In this document: one piece after another, positions 42,559 to 53,443 of the stretch
Layout of the letters: each line of letters begins with the position of its first letter
How positions within the stretch are numbered: position 1 is the stretch's first letter
Assembly (NCBI GenBank): GCA_963829055.1
Contig: CAWHHI010000006.1
Coordinates: forward strand, 544,001-608,000
Source: an uncultured Gemmatimonadaceae bacterium
GTDB taxonomy: Bacteria; Gemmatimonadota; Gemmatimonadetes; Gemmatimonadales; Gemmatimonadaceae
Length of the DNA: 64,000 nucleotides
Direction: 5' to 3'
The notes under the pieces: generated by a model
Told to the model about the DNA's origin: nothing
What the model saw: only the letters and a program-made list of their open reading frames with translations
Databases searched by the model: none
Made by a program: the position numbers and the translations under genes

Positions 42559-43422
42559 ACGGATCCTGACGCCTCGGCGCGTCCATCCACCGTCGTGCGC
42601 GCCGTGGTGGTGGACGACGAGCCCACCTCGCGCGAGGTCGTCCGCACGCTGCTCACCGAGCATCCGACGGTACAGGTCGTGGGCGAAGCGACGAACGGCA
42701 AGGAGGCCGTTCTACTCGTCAGGCAGCTCCGGCCCGATCTGCTGTTCCTCGACATCCAGATGCCCGACCAGGACGGCTTCCGCGTGCTCGAGTCGCTCGG
42801 CGACGACGTCCCGCGCGGCATCGTGTTCGTGACCGCACACGACGAGCACGCGATCCGCGCGTTCGACGTTCACGCGCTGGACTACGTGCTCAAGCCGTTC
42901 GGCCGCCCGCGGTTCAAGGCGGCAGTCACGCGCGCGCTCGAGGGACTGCGCGCCATGGAGGCGCTCACGCTGCAACGTACGCTCGCGAGCATGGCCGCTG
43001 ATCGTCACGCCGACTTGCGTCCCGCCGGCGAGCTCACGACCGCGGATTCGCCGCCTGACGACGATGGCAAGACGCGGGCGACACCGCCTCGGCGCATCGG
43101 TGTGCGGAACGGCTCGAAGATCACGGTCGTGGACGTGGACGCGATCGATTGGGTGGAGGCGTCAGGCGACTATGCGCGCATTCACGCCGGCAAGCACACG
43201 TACCTCGTGTCGCAACGCATGCACGCGCTCGAGCGCCTGCTCGAGGCACGCGAGTTCGTGCGCGTGCATCGGTCGCTCATTGTGAACGTGAAGCGCGTGC
43301 GCGAGCTGCACCGCGACGCCGACGGTGGCGGCACGCTCGTGCTCTCGGATGGCGTTAGGCTCCGCGTCGCGCGCGGACGCTGGGAGGCGATGGAGCGGGC
43401 GCTCGAGATGGAGGAGTTCTAG
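42553..43422 (+). CDS. LytTR-family response regulator
   Basis: VVDDEP, FLDIQMP, FVTAHD, FVRVHRS. Confidence 0.92.
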   Translation: MTTDPDASARPSTVVRAVVVDDEPTSREVVRTLLTEHPTVQVVGEATNGKEAVLLVRQLRPDLLFLDIQMPDQDGFRVLESLGDDVPRGIVFVTAHDEHAIRAFDVHALDYVLKPFGRPRFKAAVTRALEGLRAMEALTLQRTLASMAADRHADLRPAGELTTADSPPDDDGKTRATPPRRIGVRNGSKITVVDVDAIDWVEASGDYARIHAGKHTYLVSQRMHALERLLEAREFVRVHRSLIVNVKRVRELHRDADGGGTLVLSDGVRLRVARGRWEAMERALEMEEF

Positions 43423-43751
43423 CTTGGCCGGCGGTCAGGCAGCGGGTGGTTATGCCTGGCGATGTGCGCCGTTAGGCGCGCCGACGCGATGTCGCGGCCA
43501 CAGACGGGCATTGCACGCAGCACGGCGCCTTGTGCAGCACGGCGAGCGGGGCCAGGTGACACGGGCAGTCGCACGCGTCACCGGGAGGTGGCGTGGGAAC
43601 GAACTTCAGGAAGCTCCGATCTCGGTTCGGCATTCCGCGCATGCTTCAGATCTACGCCCGGGAGCCGCTGGGCGGAAGCGGCAAACGAACTGATAGTTGG
43701 CGACGGTCATCCGCTCGGGTTCCCCGACCATCTTCCCAGCACGGACTGACA

Positions 43752-44546
43752 ATGCCTCAGGTCTCGGCTCTCTATATCTATCCGGTCAAGTCGTGCGCCG
43801 GTATCGCGGTCGCGAGTGCGACGCTCGACACAAGAGGATTCGTCGGTGATCGCCGCTTCATGATCGTGGACGACGCCGGCTCGTTTCTCACCCAGCGTGA
43901 GCTCCCGAGACTCGCGCTGATCTCGCCGCGCACGGACGATGACGTGCTCTCCCTCGACGCACCCGGCATGGCCCCGATCGAGACGCCCGTCCGCCGCGGT
44001 CGTGGCGATGGGACGGTGACCATCTGGGACGACACGTGCTCCGCGATTGACCAGGGCGACGAGGTCAGCGCGTGGCTCGGTCGGTATCTCGGCACACGGT
44101 GTCGACTCGTAAGGCAGGCCGATGACGATGTGCGCCGCATCGATCCGACGTACGCCACGAGCGCCGCTGACGAAGTGAGCTTTGCCGACGCCTATCCGTT
44201 GCTGTTGATCAGCGAAGCGTCGCTCGCCGACCTGAACTCACGGCTGGAAGTGCCGCTTCCAATGGATCGCTTCCGGCCCAACGTCGTGTTGAGTGGCACC
44301 GAGCCGTACGCCGAAGATGCGTGGCGGTCGATCGAGATCGGTGCCGTGCGGGCGCAAGTGGTCAAGCCCTGCGTCCGGTGCGTGACGACCACGGTCGATC
44401 AGCGCACAGCGGAAGCGGGCAAGGAGCCGCTCCGCACACTCGCCACCTACCGCAAGGGTCCACGAGGCGTGATGTTCGGCCAGAACGTCATCCACGGTCA
44501 TCCGGGCACCATCAACGTCGGGGACCGCGTGCGCGTCAGAGAGTAG
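43752..44546 (+). CDS. MOSC N-terminal barrel + MOSC domain protein (YcbX/mARC-like)
   Basis: IYPVKSC, DRRFM, SFADAYP, RFRPN, KPCVRC, FGQN. Confidence 0.92.
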   Translation: MPQVSALYIYPVKSCAGIAVASATLDTRGFVGDRRFMIVDDAGSFLTQRELPRLALISPRTDDDVLSLDAPGMAPIETPVRRGRGDGTVTIWDDTCSAIDQGDEVSAWLGRYLGTRCRLVRQADDDVRRIDPTYATSAADEVSFADAYPLLLISEASLADLNSRLEVPLPMDRFRPNVVLSGTEPYAEDAWRSIEIGAVRAQVVKPCVRCVTTTVDQRTAEAGKEPLRTLATYRKGPRGVMFGQNVIHGHPGTINVGDRVRVRE

Positions 44547-44650
44547 GAAGGAGGCGGACGGCGGATGGCGGATGGCGGAGAAAAAGCGTGTCACCCCGAG
44601 CGGCAGCGGCTGACACCGCTCTTACCTGCTCCTTCCTACGGCCTCCTTCC

Positions 44651-45379
44651 TCAGGCCTCGTTGAGAAACCCCCTCGCCCAGTCCGGCCGACCGTTTCGCT
44701 CCGCCTGCGCCGCTACCGCCGCCCAGTCGTACTCGAGCGCGATCAGGTCGACGCTCCACCTCGCAGCGCGCCGAGTCGCGATCGCATAACGCGCGTGTGG
44801 GGAGCCCGCCTCGTTGATGAGCCGGTCCGCATTGTCCGCGTAGCGCGGACAGCCGACGCTGCCCGGATTGAGCACCAGCCGTCCCGCGCGGTCCGACGCC
44901 AGGTGCTGGTGATGACTGTGACCGCAGAGCACCAAGTTCGCCTGCACGTCGCCGAGCCGGGTGCCTAACGCATCAGCCTTCACCAGCGCCAGGCGACCGT
45001 CGACCTTCTCCTCGAGCAGGTAGTCCGCGTCGCTCGTCGGCGTCCCGTGTACGGCGAGCACTCCGTCGTCGATCGCGAGCGTCGCGGGAAGCGCGCCGAG
45101 CGCCGCACGCTGGGCGTCACTCAACGCGTCACACGAGAACGCAATGCTCGGTGACGGTGGTCCCGAGTCTGGTTGCGCGATCCAACGATCGTGATTGCCG
45201 CGGACCGTAGGCATGCTGACGGTTTCGAGTAGCTCGAACGTCTCGCGCGGCCACAGGGGACTGGTCACGCAGTCCCCGAGGTTCACCATTGCGTCCACGC
45301 CCCGAGCACGGATGTCGGCGAGCACGATCTCGAGCGCACGGAGGTTCCCATGCACGTCCGAGATCACCGCGAGTCTCAT
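44651..45379 (-). CDS. Calcineurin-like metallophosphoesterase
   Basis: SDVHGN, LGD, RGNHD, HG, GHSH, NPGSVG. Confidence 0.92.
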   Translation of the reverse strand: MRLAVISDVHGNLRALEIVLADIRARGVDAMVNLGDCVTSPLWPRETFELLETVSMPTVRGNHDRWIAQPDSGPPSPSIAFSCDALSDAQRAALGALPATLAIDDGVLAVHGTPTSDADYLLEEKVDGRLALVKADALGTRLGDVQANLVLCGHSHHQHLASDRAGRLVLNPGSVGCPRYADNADRLINEAGSPHARYAIATRRAARWSVDLIALEYDWAAVAAQAERNGRPDWARGFLNEA

Positions 45380-45394
45380 CGACCAGCCATCGCG

Positions 45395-46048
45395 TCAGGC
45401 TCGAGCGGCTGGTGCGTGGACCCGCGCGTCGCGGCTCAGCATCCAGTTCTGGAGAAGGCTGACCAGCGAGCCCGCCCCCATCGAGAGCGCCACCGCGCTC
45501 GACGCCGACCAGAGGAAGAACGTCGTGACGAGCACGGTCGCGACGATCATTGCGGTTGGTGGGCTGGCTTGGCCGGGGGCCGTTGATGTCACGGCGACTC
45601 CCAGTGCGGTCGCGGCGACGACGCCGAGGACGAGAAGGGCGTCCGGCCGCGCGAGATCAGGCACCCAGAGAAAGCGAACCTTGGATCCCAGGCCGCGACG
45701 CACCGCGGCGAACAGTCCGCTCAGCAATGGGAATTGAACCGCGAGACCCGCCAGTCCCGAAGGGGTCAGGAGCTTGATGCCATTTGCCGCATAGAGTGCC
45801 TGCGTCTCCCGCATGAGCGCTCGAGGGTCGTTCGCGAAGCGGCGTTGCAGCGCCTCGACCTGCGGGCGAAGCGCGGCGATGCTGGCCTGTTGCTGTCGAG
45901 CGCGTCGCGCCATCCGCAGCGTCAGCGGCAGCAGCGCAAGCCGCAGCCCGGCCGAGACGAGAAGAACTCCGCCACCGAGACTCCCTCCGCAGAGGTGAGC
46001 GGCGCTGAAGATCGAGGCGCGAAGTAGCTCGACGAAGCTGTCCCACAT
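45395..46048 (-). CDS. Short YidC/Oxa1-family membrane protein
   Basis: RLALLPLT, LRPQVEALQRRF, ETQALY, QFPLL, FLWVPDLARPD, LLQ. Confidence 0.8.
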   Translation of the reverse strand: MWDSFVELLRASIFSAAHLCGGSLGGGVLLVSAGLRLALLPLTLRMARRARQQQASIAALRPQVEALQRRFANDPRALMRETQALYAANGIKLLTPSGLAGLAVQFPLLSGLFAAVRRGLGSKVRFLWVPDLARPDALLVLGVVAATALGVAVTSTAPGQASPPTAMIVATVLVTTFFLWSASSAVALSMGAGSLVSLLQNWMLSRDARVHAPAARA

Positions 46049-46589
46049 GAAGCCCTCGCAGGAAAACGGTTCCCACCATACGGCGGCACTTCCCAGGATG
46101 CTTCACTGGAGATGAACCTGCTGGGCGCTGACCTGCCAGGTGACCGGTTCGGGTCGTGGATGGGCTCGGTCGGCGTCGGACTGGTCGGCGAGCGGGTGGG
46201 AGCCGGCGTCTGGCGTGTGAGGGAGAGGCACAACACAGATAGTCGAAGGAAGCCCGACCGTCTTACAGCCGCCGCTCGCTATGGATTCGGTGCTCGCGAC
46301 CCGTGAGCCGCGTCGTTAGGCGCCGATGTTCTCTGGCGGATGCGACGGCCGTACACATTCCCGACACCGGTCCCAATCATACTCACCACGAACGCGCTGA
46401 ACGTCCCGATCGGCGCGCCCAGCGCCCATCGCGTAGCCCCCGATGGTGGCGCCTACGAATCCGAGCAGCTTGGTCATAGCGAGGAAGTGTCCTGGTTGAG
46501 CGATGCGTCCCGGGAGAGGACGATTACGGCCGGCACCGGCTACGTCCGATCCCGCGCGATGTGAGGGGCGTCACCCGTTGCTCGTGTGT

Positions 46590-46749
46590 GTTCGTCCAAT
46601 CACAGAAGATGGAAGCCGTCGGGCGCCTTGCGGGCGGAATCGCGCACGACTTCAACAACAAGAAGGCGGATCCGAACCAGCTCGAGCAGGTGTTGGTGAA
46701 TCTCGTCGTCAACGCGTGCGACGCGATGCTAGCGCCTGGCCGAGCCTAA
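46590..46749 (+). pseudogene. Hybrid histidine kinase remnant with the H-box joined directly to the N-box
   Basis: [44 protein letters not shown]. Confidence 0.7.
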
Positions 46750-47135
46750 CGACTCGCAGTCACGCTCGCACTGGTCCTGCGTTCGAGGCCAGCGCGCGTT
46801 CGCGAAACCAGAAGAACAACGGCAGCGTTCCGCCGATCCCGAACAGCAGCGTGATGACGATGAAGCGCCACGCGCCGGCCAGCCCGATGCGTCGCGATTC
46901 GTGGCACCATCGACACGCAGCCGGCGAGTGCCGCTGCGAAGCGCATCGAGCCGAACGCCTGGCACCGGTTCGTGTCGCGAACAGTTCCGCGGTCTGTGCG
47001 CGCCGGATCCGTCCAGAAGAGGATGTTGCCCGTTCTCACGGACTCCATGATCATCGGAATTCCTGGCGCGAGAAAGCCGACAACGGCCAGAATGAGATAG
47101 ACCGGGGCGATTGAGCTGCTTTGGGTTGCGGGCAT
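46746..47135 (-). CDS. DUF2834-like small membrane protein (frameshifted)
   Basis: [14 protein letters not shown]-terminal [16 protein letters not shown] in an alternative frame. Confidence 0.6.
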   Translation of the reverse strand: MPATQSSSIAPVYLILAVVGFLAPGIPMIMESVRTGNILFWTDPARTDRGTVRDTNRCQAFGSMRFAAALAGCVSMVPRIATHRAGRRVALHRHHAAVRDRRNAAVVLLVSRTRAGLERRTSASVTASR

Positions 47136-47185
47136 GGTGAGCGTGCGTTGGTGGTGATGTGCGATCTGTTAGGCGAGTGTGTCGG

Positions 47186-47676
47186 TCACGGAAATGGCGA
47201 GCGGACGACTGCAGCCCGCACCCGCGCATCGAGCGCGACGAAGACCTCCGAGCGGATGAGCCAGTGTCCGTCTCGCTTGATCCATTGCGCTCCGTAGCGC
47301 CCGCGGATGAGCAGGTGCCCAGTGCGTGGATCTCGCCCGGTCCAGGTGCCTGACGATGCGTGAGCGGCCAGCGATTGTTGCTCACATTTACGCGGTCGGG
47401 ATCGCGTCGGTAGAGCGTGGCCGAGTCGGCGCCTAGCACACGCCTGATACGCGTCGCGCCCCTGGATCACACGCCCGAGCGCCGACCGGATGACGACGTC
47501 GTCGGTCCAGATGACGCGACACGATCGAGATCGTGTTGGGCGATGGCGGTGTTCTGTGCGGTTCGGGTCGTGCGCACGGCGGCAGCCTCGCGCGACCGCC
47601 CACCAGTGGTCTGCACGAGCGCGAGGCTGCCCACAGCAACGGCGGCCACAATCGATAGACGAGCCGTAGCGTTCAT
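47186..47676 (-). CDS. DUF4440/NTF2-like secreted protein (frameshifted)
   Basis: Signal peptide, WTDDVVI, GRYGAQWIKRDGHWLIRSEVF. Confidence 0.7.
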
Positions 47677-47880
47677 TCGAGTCCTGGTCAGTGCGATGGA
47701 TCCACCATTCAGTCACGCCAAATGTGCCGGGCGGCTACGGCTACCCCACGCTACCGCTCGCCACGCAGCTCGGCAACTACGTCCGAGGTACACTCAGCCG
47801 CACGGAGCCGTTAGGCAGGCAACCTTGGCGACCGCTGGAGCTGATCGCAACCCTCCGTCCGATTGTGCTGTCCAGTATCT

Positions 47881-48003
47881 GAGGGTGAACAGCAGGCCGC
47901 CGAGGGTGCTGTGGATGTAGGCGGTGCCCAGGGCCAGGGCGACGATGCCGAAGCGGAGCGCGACGCCGGCGACGGTGAGGTCGCCCTTGGACTGGTCGTT
48001 CAC
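47881..48003 (-). CDS. Small membrane protein truncated at the putative chimeric junction
   Basis: GGAGG RBS, VNDQSKGDLTVAGVALRFGIVALALGTAYIHSTLGGLLFTL, then an abrupt change in composition. Confidence 0.55.
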
Positions 48004-48259
48004 GGTGATGGAACCTCCGGGTGGACGAACGGGGGTTGACGGGTGATCGCTGCTTGCCGCCGGGGTGGTCCTGACGACGAGGTGAACCGTATGGCGGGCC
48101 ACATGTGGCCGACGCCCGACGGCCGTGGCCAGCCCGTGACGACGAACGCCGCCGGTCCGAGGTCGTCACGCGACCGGTCCGGGATGGTCGCCCGACGACC
48201 CCCCGACGGGACAGATGACGCACGCCCGAACGGGGAGGGCCGATTAGACTCGTCCGGTC

Positions 48260-51200
48260 GTGGCCACCAGATCCCGCCCCTCCACGCCGGCCGCGAAGCC
48301 GGCCCCGAGAACGCCCCGAAGCCGAAGCCGGCAGGCGCGTCGAACGGCGCGTCGAAGGCCGTCCGAAAGACCGCCGCCCCGACGCGAGGCCGCGCCGCGG
48401 GCACCAACGGCTCAGGCGCCGCCGCCGTGGTCGAGACCGACGCCCTGCCCCGACACCCACGGCGACCGTCGGTGCCGAGAGCGAGCGCGACCGGCTCCTC
48501 CACGGAGCGGCGGAGGAGGCGGCCCGGCTGCTCGACGCCGACGGCGCGTTCGTCTACCTGCTGAACCCCGACACCGGGTTCCTCCAGTTCGTCCATTCCG
48601 CCGGCATCGCCGACCCGCCGTCCGGCCACTGGATCCGCCAGCTCGAGCTGCCGGTCGGCAGCGGGATGTTCGGCAAGGCCGTGGCCGAGCGCCGGATGGT
48701 CGTCACGGCGGACTACGTCGCCGATCGTTCGTTCAACCACGCGCAGGGCCCGGACCGGTTCGTCGACGAGGTCGGGCTGCGGTCGCTCGTCGTCGCGCCC
48801 CTCGTCGCCGGGACGGAGGTCTTCGGGGCACTGGGCACGTTCTCGCGCCGCCCCGACGCGTTCACCGCGCCCCAGATCGCGCTCGTCCGCTCCCTCGCCG
48901 AGCACGCCGCGTTCGCGATGGCCAACGCCCGGCTCATCGCCGAGCTCGACCGCTCACGCCAGGCCGGCGAGCGTCAGGCAGTGGTCGAACGGTCGCTGCG
49001 CGAGCTCGGCACCCGTATCTCCGGCGCTCGAGATCCCGAGGCGGTGGTCCAGTTCACGATCGACGAGGCCCTCCGCCTGCTCGACGGCGACGGCGCCCGG
49101 ATCGACATCGTCGACCCAGAGGCGCGGCTGCTCAAGGGCATGTTCTCGTCGGGCGACGAGCAGATCCTGGAGACCGAGTGGCCGCGGGACCCGGACGACA
49201 CGCTCGAGGTCGGGGCGTCGGGGCGCGCCGTGGTGACCGGCGAGACGTACATCTCGCGCGACTACCTCGAGGACCCGAACCTCGTCCACGGGCACGGGCC
49301 GGACACGTACGTGCGATCAAAGGGGATCCACGGCGTGATCGCGACGCCGCTCCACGGCGACCAGGGGCCGTTCGGGGCGATCACGGTCTGGTCGACCCGC
49401 GTGGACGCCTTCGGGCCCGACGACGCCGCCCTGCTCGAGACCATCGCGGGCCAGTCGGCCGTCGCGCTCGGGCGCGCGCGCCTGATCGAGGAGCTGGGCC
49501 GGTCCCGCGAGGCCCTCGCCCGGCGGGCCGAGGAGGAGCGGACGCTGCGCGAGATCGGCGGCCGGCTCGCGACCATCGGCAGCGACCCCGGCGACCTCCT
49601 CCTGCGCATCGTCCACGAGGCGGCCCGGCTGCTGGGCGCCGAGCGCGCCCGCCTCGACCTGGTCGAGCCGGTCCAGGGCAAGGTGATCTGGACCTACCCC
49701 GAGGACAGCCTGTTCACCGACGCGCCGGTGATCGACACGCCCGACGACGAGGAGCCGATCGGACTGGCCGGGCTGTCCGTCCGCGAGGGCCGGCCCGTGG
49801 CGACCGGTGACTACATCGCCGACCGGCGGTTCAAGCACTACAAGGAAGGCGACGAAGGCGTGCAGGAGATCGACCTGCACTCGGTCATCACGGCGCCCGT
49901 GATCGGCGAGGACGGCCTCGTCGGCGTGTTCCAGGCGGGCCACCGCGACCGCGACGCGTTCGGGGAGGACGCGCTCCGGCTGCTCGACGCGCTGGCCGGC
50001 CAGGCCTCGGTCGCGCTCGCCAACGCCCGCCTCGTCGACCGCCTCGCCACGTCGCAGGGCGCCCTCGAGCGGACGGCCGACGCGGAGCGCGCGTTGCGCG
50101 AGATCGCGCGGCGGATGATGACGATCCAGGACCCGGCCGAGCTGCTCCAGGACGTCGTCGACGAGGCCGCCCGGCTGCTCGGCTCGTCGGGCGCGGTCAT
50201 CGACCTCCTCGACCCGGCCACGGGCGAGGTCCACTGGGCGCACGACGCGGGCATGGACGAGGCGACCCGGTCCGAGTGGAAGGCGCTGGGCGTCGGCGGA
50301 TCGGGGGTCCACCTCGCGATCCGCGAGCGGCGCGTCGTCGTCACCGCCGAGTACGCCGCCGACGACCGCTTCCCCGATGGCGCGCCGCACCGCGAGTTCT
50401 TCGACCGCGTCGGCATCCGGTCGATCGCGTTCGCGCCGCTGATCGGCGAGGCCGTGGTGCTGGGCACGCTCGCGGTGTTCTCGGGCGATGTGGGCCGGTT
50501 CAGCGAGCAGGACGGCGCGCTCCTCGCGGCCCTCGCGGACCTCGCGACGATCGCCATCCACAACGCGGAGCTGATCCGGGAGCTCGGCCGGTCGCGCGAG
50601 GAGACCTCGCGCCGCGCCGAGACCGAGCGCACCCTGCGCGAGATCGCCGCGCGCGTCACCGCGATCCGCGACGCAGACGCGATCCTGGGGCTGATCGTCG
50701 ACGAGACCCGGCGCGTCCTGGCCTCGGACGGCGCCCATCTCACGCGGATCTCCGACGACCGGACACACCTCACCCCGGTGGTCCTCGCGGGCGGCATGGA
50801 CGACGAGACCCGCAGCTGGCTGCGCACCCAGGAGTTCCCGATCGACGGCGGCATCAACGGGCTCGCGGCCGGCCAGGGCCGGGTCGTCTGGACGCCCGCC
50901 TACACGACGGACCCGCGGATCCCGCGCGATCCTGGCGACCTCGAGACCGCCGAGCGGATGGGCCTCGGGGCGATGGCGGCCGCGCCGCTGCGCGCCCCCG
51001 GTGGCGAGGTCATGGGCACGCTCGCCGTCAGCTACCGCCAGTCGGGCACGATCGCGCCCGACCGCCTGGCCACCCTGCAGGCCCTCGCCGACCACGCCGC
51101 CATCGCCCTGTCGAACTCGGACCTCCTCGAGCGGCTCGAGGCGTCGGAGGCGAACTACCGCGGCCTCGTGCAGACGACGCCGGACGTGATCTGGCGCAAC

Positions 51201-53306
51201 GACGCCGACGGCCGGTTCACGTTCCTCGCCGACACCGCCGAGGTCCTGTTCGGCTGGACGGCACCCGAGATGACCGGCATGCACTTCTCGGCCATCGTCG
51301 CCGAGGAGTCGATGGGCACGGCGCTGCAGTCGTGGGGTGACCTCCACGATCCCGGGACCAACTCCCTGCGCCTCCGTTTCGTCGTGCGCCGCAAGGACGG
51401 CAGCACCTTCCCGACCGAGCTGTCCGCCGTCGGGATCTTCGAGGACGGCGAGTTCAAGGGGGCCCAGGGCACGGTCCGCGACGTCAGCGAGCGCGAGCGC
51501 CTCGAGCGCATCGTGCACGAGTCCGAGGAGCGGTACCGCTCGCTCGTCCAGTCGTCGCCCGACCTCATCTTCGAGATGGACGGCCGCGGCGTGTACACCT
51601 TCTACTCCGACCGCACCGAGGACGTCATCGGCTGGCTGCCGGGCGAGCTGATCGGCCACTCGTTCACCGAGTTCATCGACATCGAGGCGTTCCCGCAGGC
51701 CCGCGAGCGCCTGGCCGAGATCGCGGCCAACCCCGGGCGCCCGTCGACCGACCGGCTGCTGATCCGCCACAAGGACGGGCGCAAGATGCCGTTCGAGGTC
51801 AGCGTCGTCGGCCAGGTCGACGACGCGGGGCAGCTCGTCGCGATCCGCGGCGTGGCGCGCGACATCAGCGAGCGCGAGCGCCTCGAGCTCGAGCTGCGGT
51901 CATCCGAGGAGCGCTACCGCTTCCTCGTCGAGAACGCGCCCGACATCGTGTTCAGCGCGGATGCCGAGACGCGCTTCCTGTTCATCTCGGACACGATCGA
52001 GCGGCTCACGGGCTTCCGGCCGGAGGACGTGGTCGGCCAGACGTTCGACCGTGTCGTCGCCCCCTCGTCGATGCAGGTCGCGGCCGAGCGCTGGGAGCGG
52101 GTCGCTGCCGATCCCACCGAGCCGCAGGTCCTGCGCCTCGACCTGATGCGCAAGGACGGCGGCGTGGTCCCGGTGGAGATCCACTCCGTGGCCCAGCTCG
52201 ACGCCAACGGCGACTTCGCCGGCGTCCACGGGTCCGCGCGCGACATCAGCGAGCGGGAGCGCCTCGAGCGCGAGCTGCGCGAGAGCGAGGTCCGCTATCG
52301 ATACCTCGTCCAGTCCTCGCCCGACCTCGTGTGGATGACCGACGACGTCGGCCGGCTGACGTTCGTGTCCGACCAGTCCGGCACGATCCTCGGCTGGGAG
52401 CCGGAGGAGCTGATCGGACGCTCGTTCAGCGAGCTGGCGCCGCCCGAGGAGCGGCGCGGCGCCCTGGCCCGGTTCCGCGCCCTGCGGACGCGCCCGCACG
52501 AGGTGCATCGCACGCGCCTGAAGGTGCAGAGCCGCGACGGCCGCGAGCTCGCGATGGAGATCACCAGCATCGGGATGGTCCAGGACGACGAGTTCATCGG
52601 CGCCCACGGCGCGGCCCGCGACGTCAGCGAGCGCGACCGGCTCGAGCAGGACATCCGGCGCCAGGCGGTGGAGCTCGCGTCGTCGGAGGAGCGGTCGCAC
52701 CTCGCCCGGGAGCTGCACGACTCGGTGACCCAGGCGCTGTTCTCGATGACGCTGCTCTCGCGCAGCATCGAGCTGCTGCTGGTCAAGGACCCGACCCAGG
52801 TCCCGGGCAAGCTCGCCTCGCTGCGCGAGCTGCAGCGCGAGGCCCTGGCCGAGATGCGGGCATTGATCTTCGAGCTCCGCCCCGGCAACGTCGAGGAGAA
52901 CGGGCTCATCCAGGCGCTGCGCACGCACAGCGCGGCGCTGTCGGGCCGGATCGGCCTGCCGGTCGTGGTCGAGGGCGACCTCGCGGTCCGGCCGTCGCTC
53001 GACTGCGAGGAGGGCCTGTACCGGATCGCGCAGGAGGCGCTCCACAACGTCGTCAAGCACGCGGGCGCGAAGCAGGTGCGGGTCGAGGTCGGGCGGGTGC
53101 CCGATGGCGTCCACCTGCGCGTGATCGACGATGGCCGCGGCTTCGACCCGACCACCGTCCCCGACGGCCATCTCGGCCTGGCCGGGATGCAGGCCCGCGC
53201 CGAGCGCCTCGGCGGCACGCTCACCGTGGCCTCGGTCCGCGATGGCGGCACGACGATCGACGTCGTCATTCCCGACGCGCGGCCGGTGGAGGCCGCCACG
53301 GCCTGA
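48260..53306 (+). CDS. Cytoplasmic sensor kinase, 5xGAF-4xPAS-HisKA_3-HATPase (5' frameshift, start uncertain)
   Basis: Repeated GAF (APL..G..F...D..LL..LA..A..A..NA) and PAS (RYR.LV..SPD...RD.SERERLE) units; ERSHLARELHDSVTQ, QEALHNVVKH, DDGRGF. Confidence 0.93.
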
Positions 53307-53443
53307 CGAGGCAGGGGTTCAGCGTGCCTCGCCGATGCCGCGCCGCTACGTCGAATGTCGCGCATCGACCGGGCATTTGCCGGATTGCCTTGTCGGGCGC
53401 CCGTCCCTGACCCGCACCGGGGCCGTGCCCCACCATCGAGGTC

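Noticed and set aside
71..47816. TTAGGC as telomeric repeat or adapter contamination
   Set aside because: Copies are single, dispersed and in frame within bacterial genes, never tandem
51480..52645. Repeated CGCGAC(G/A)TCAGCGAGCG(C/G)GA DNA blocks
   Set aside because: They encode the PAS-PAC linker (RD.SERERLE) of the kinase's tandem domains
49317..53365. Long antisense ORFs (817, 423, 356 aa) and similar shadow ORFs elsewhere
   Set aside because: They mirror high-GC coding genes on the opposite strand and show no recognisable motifs
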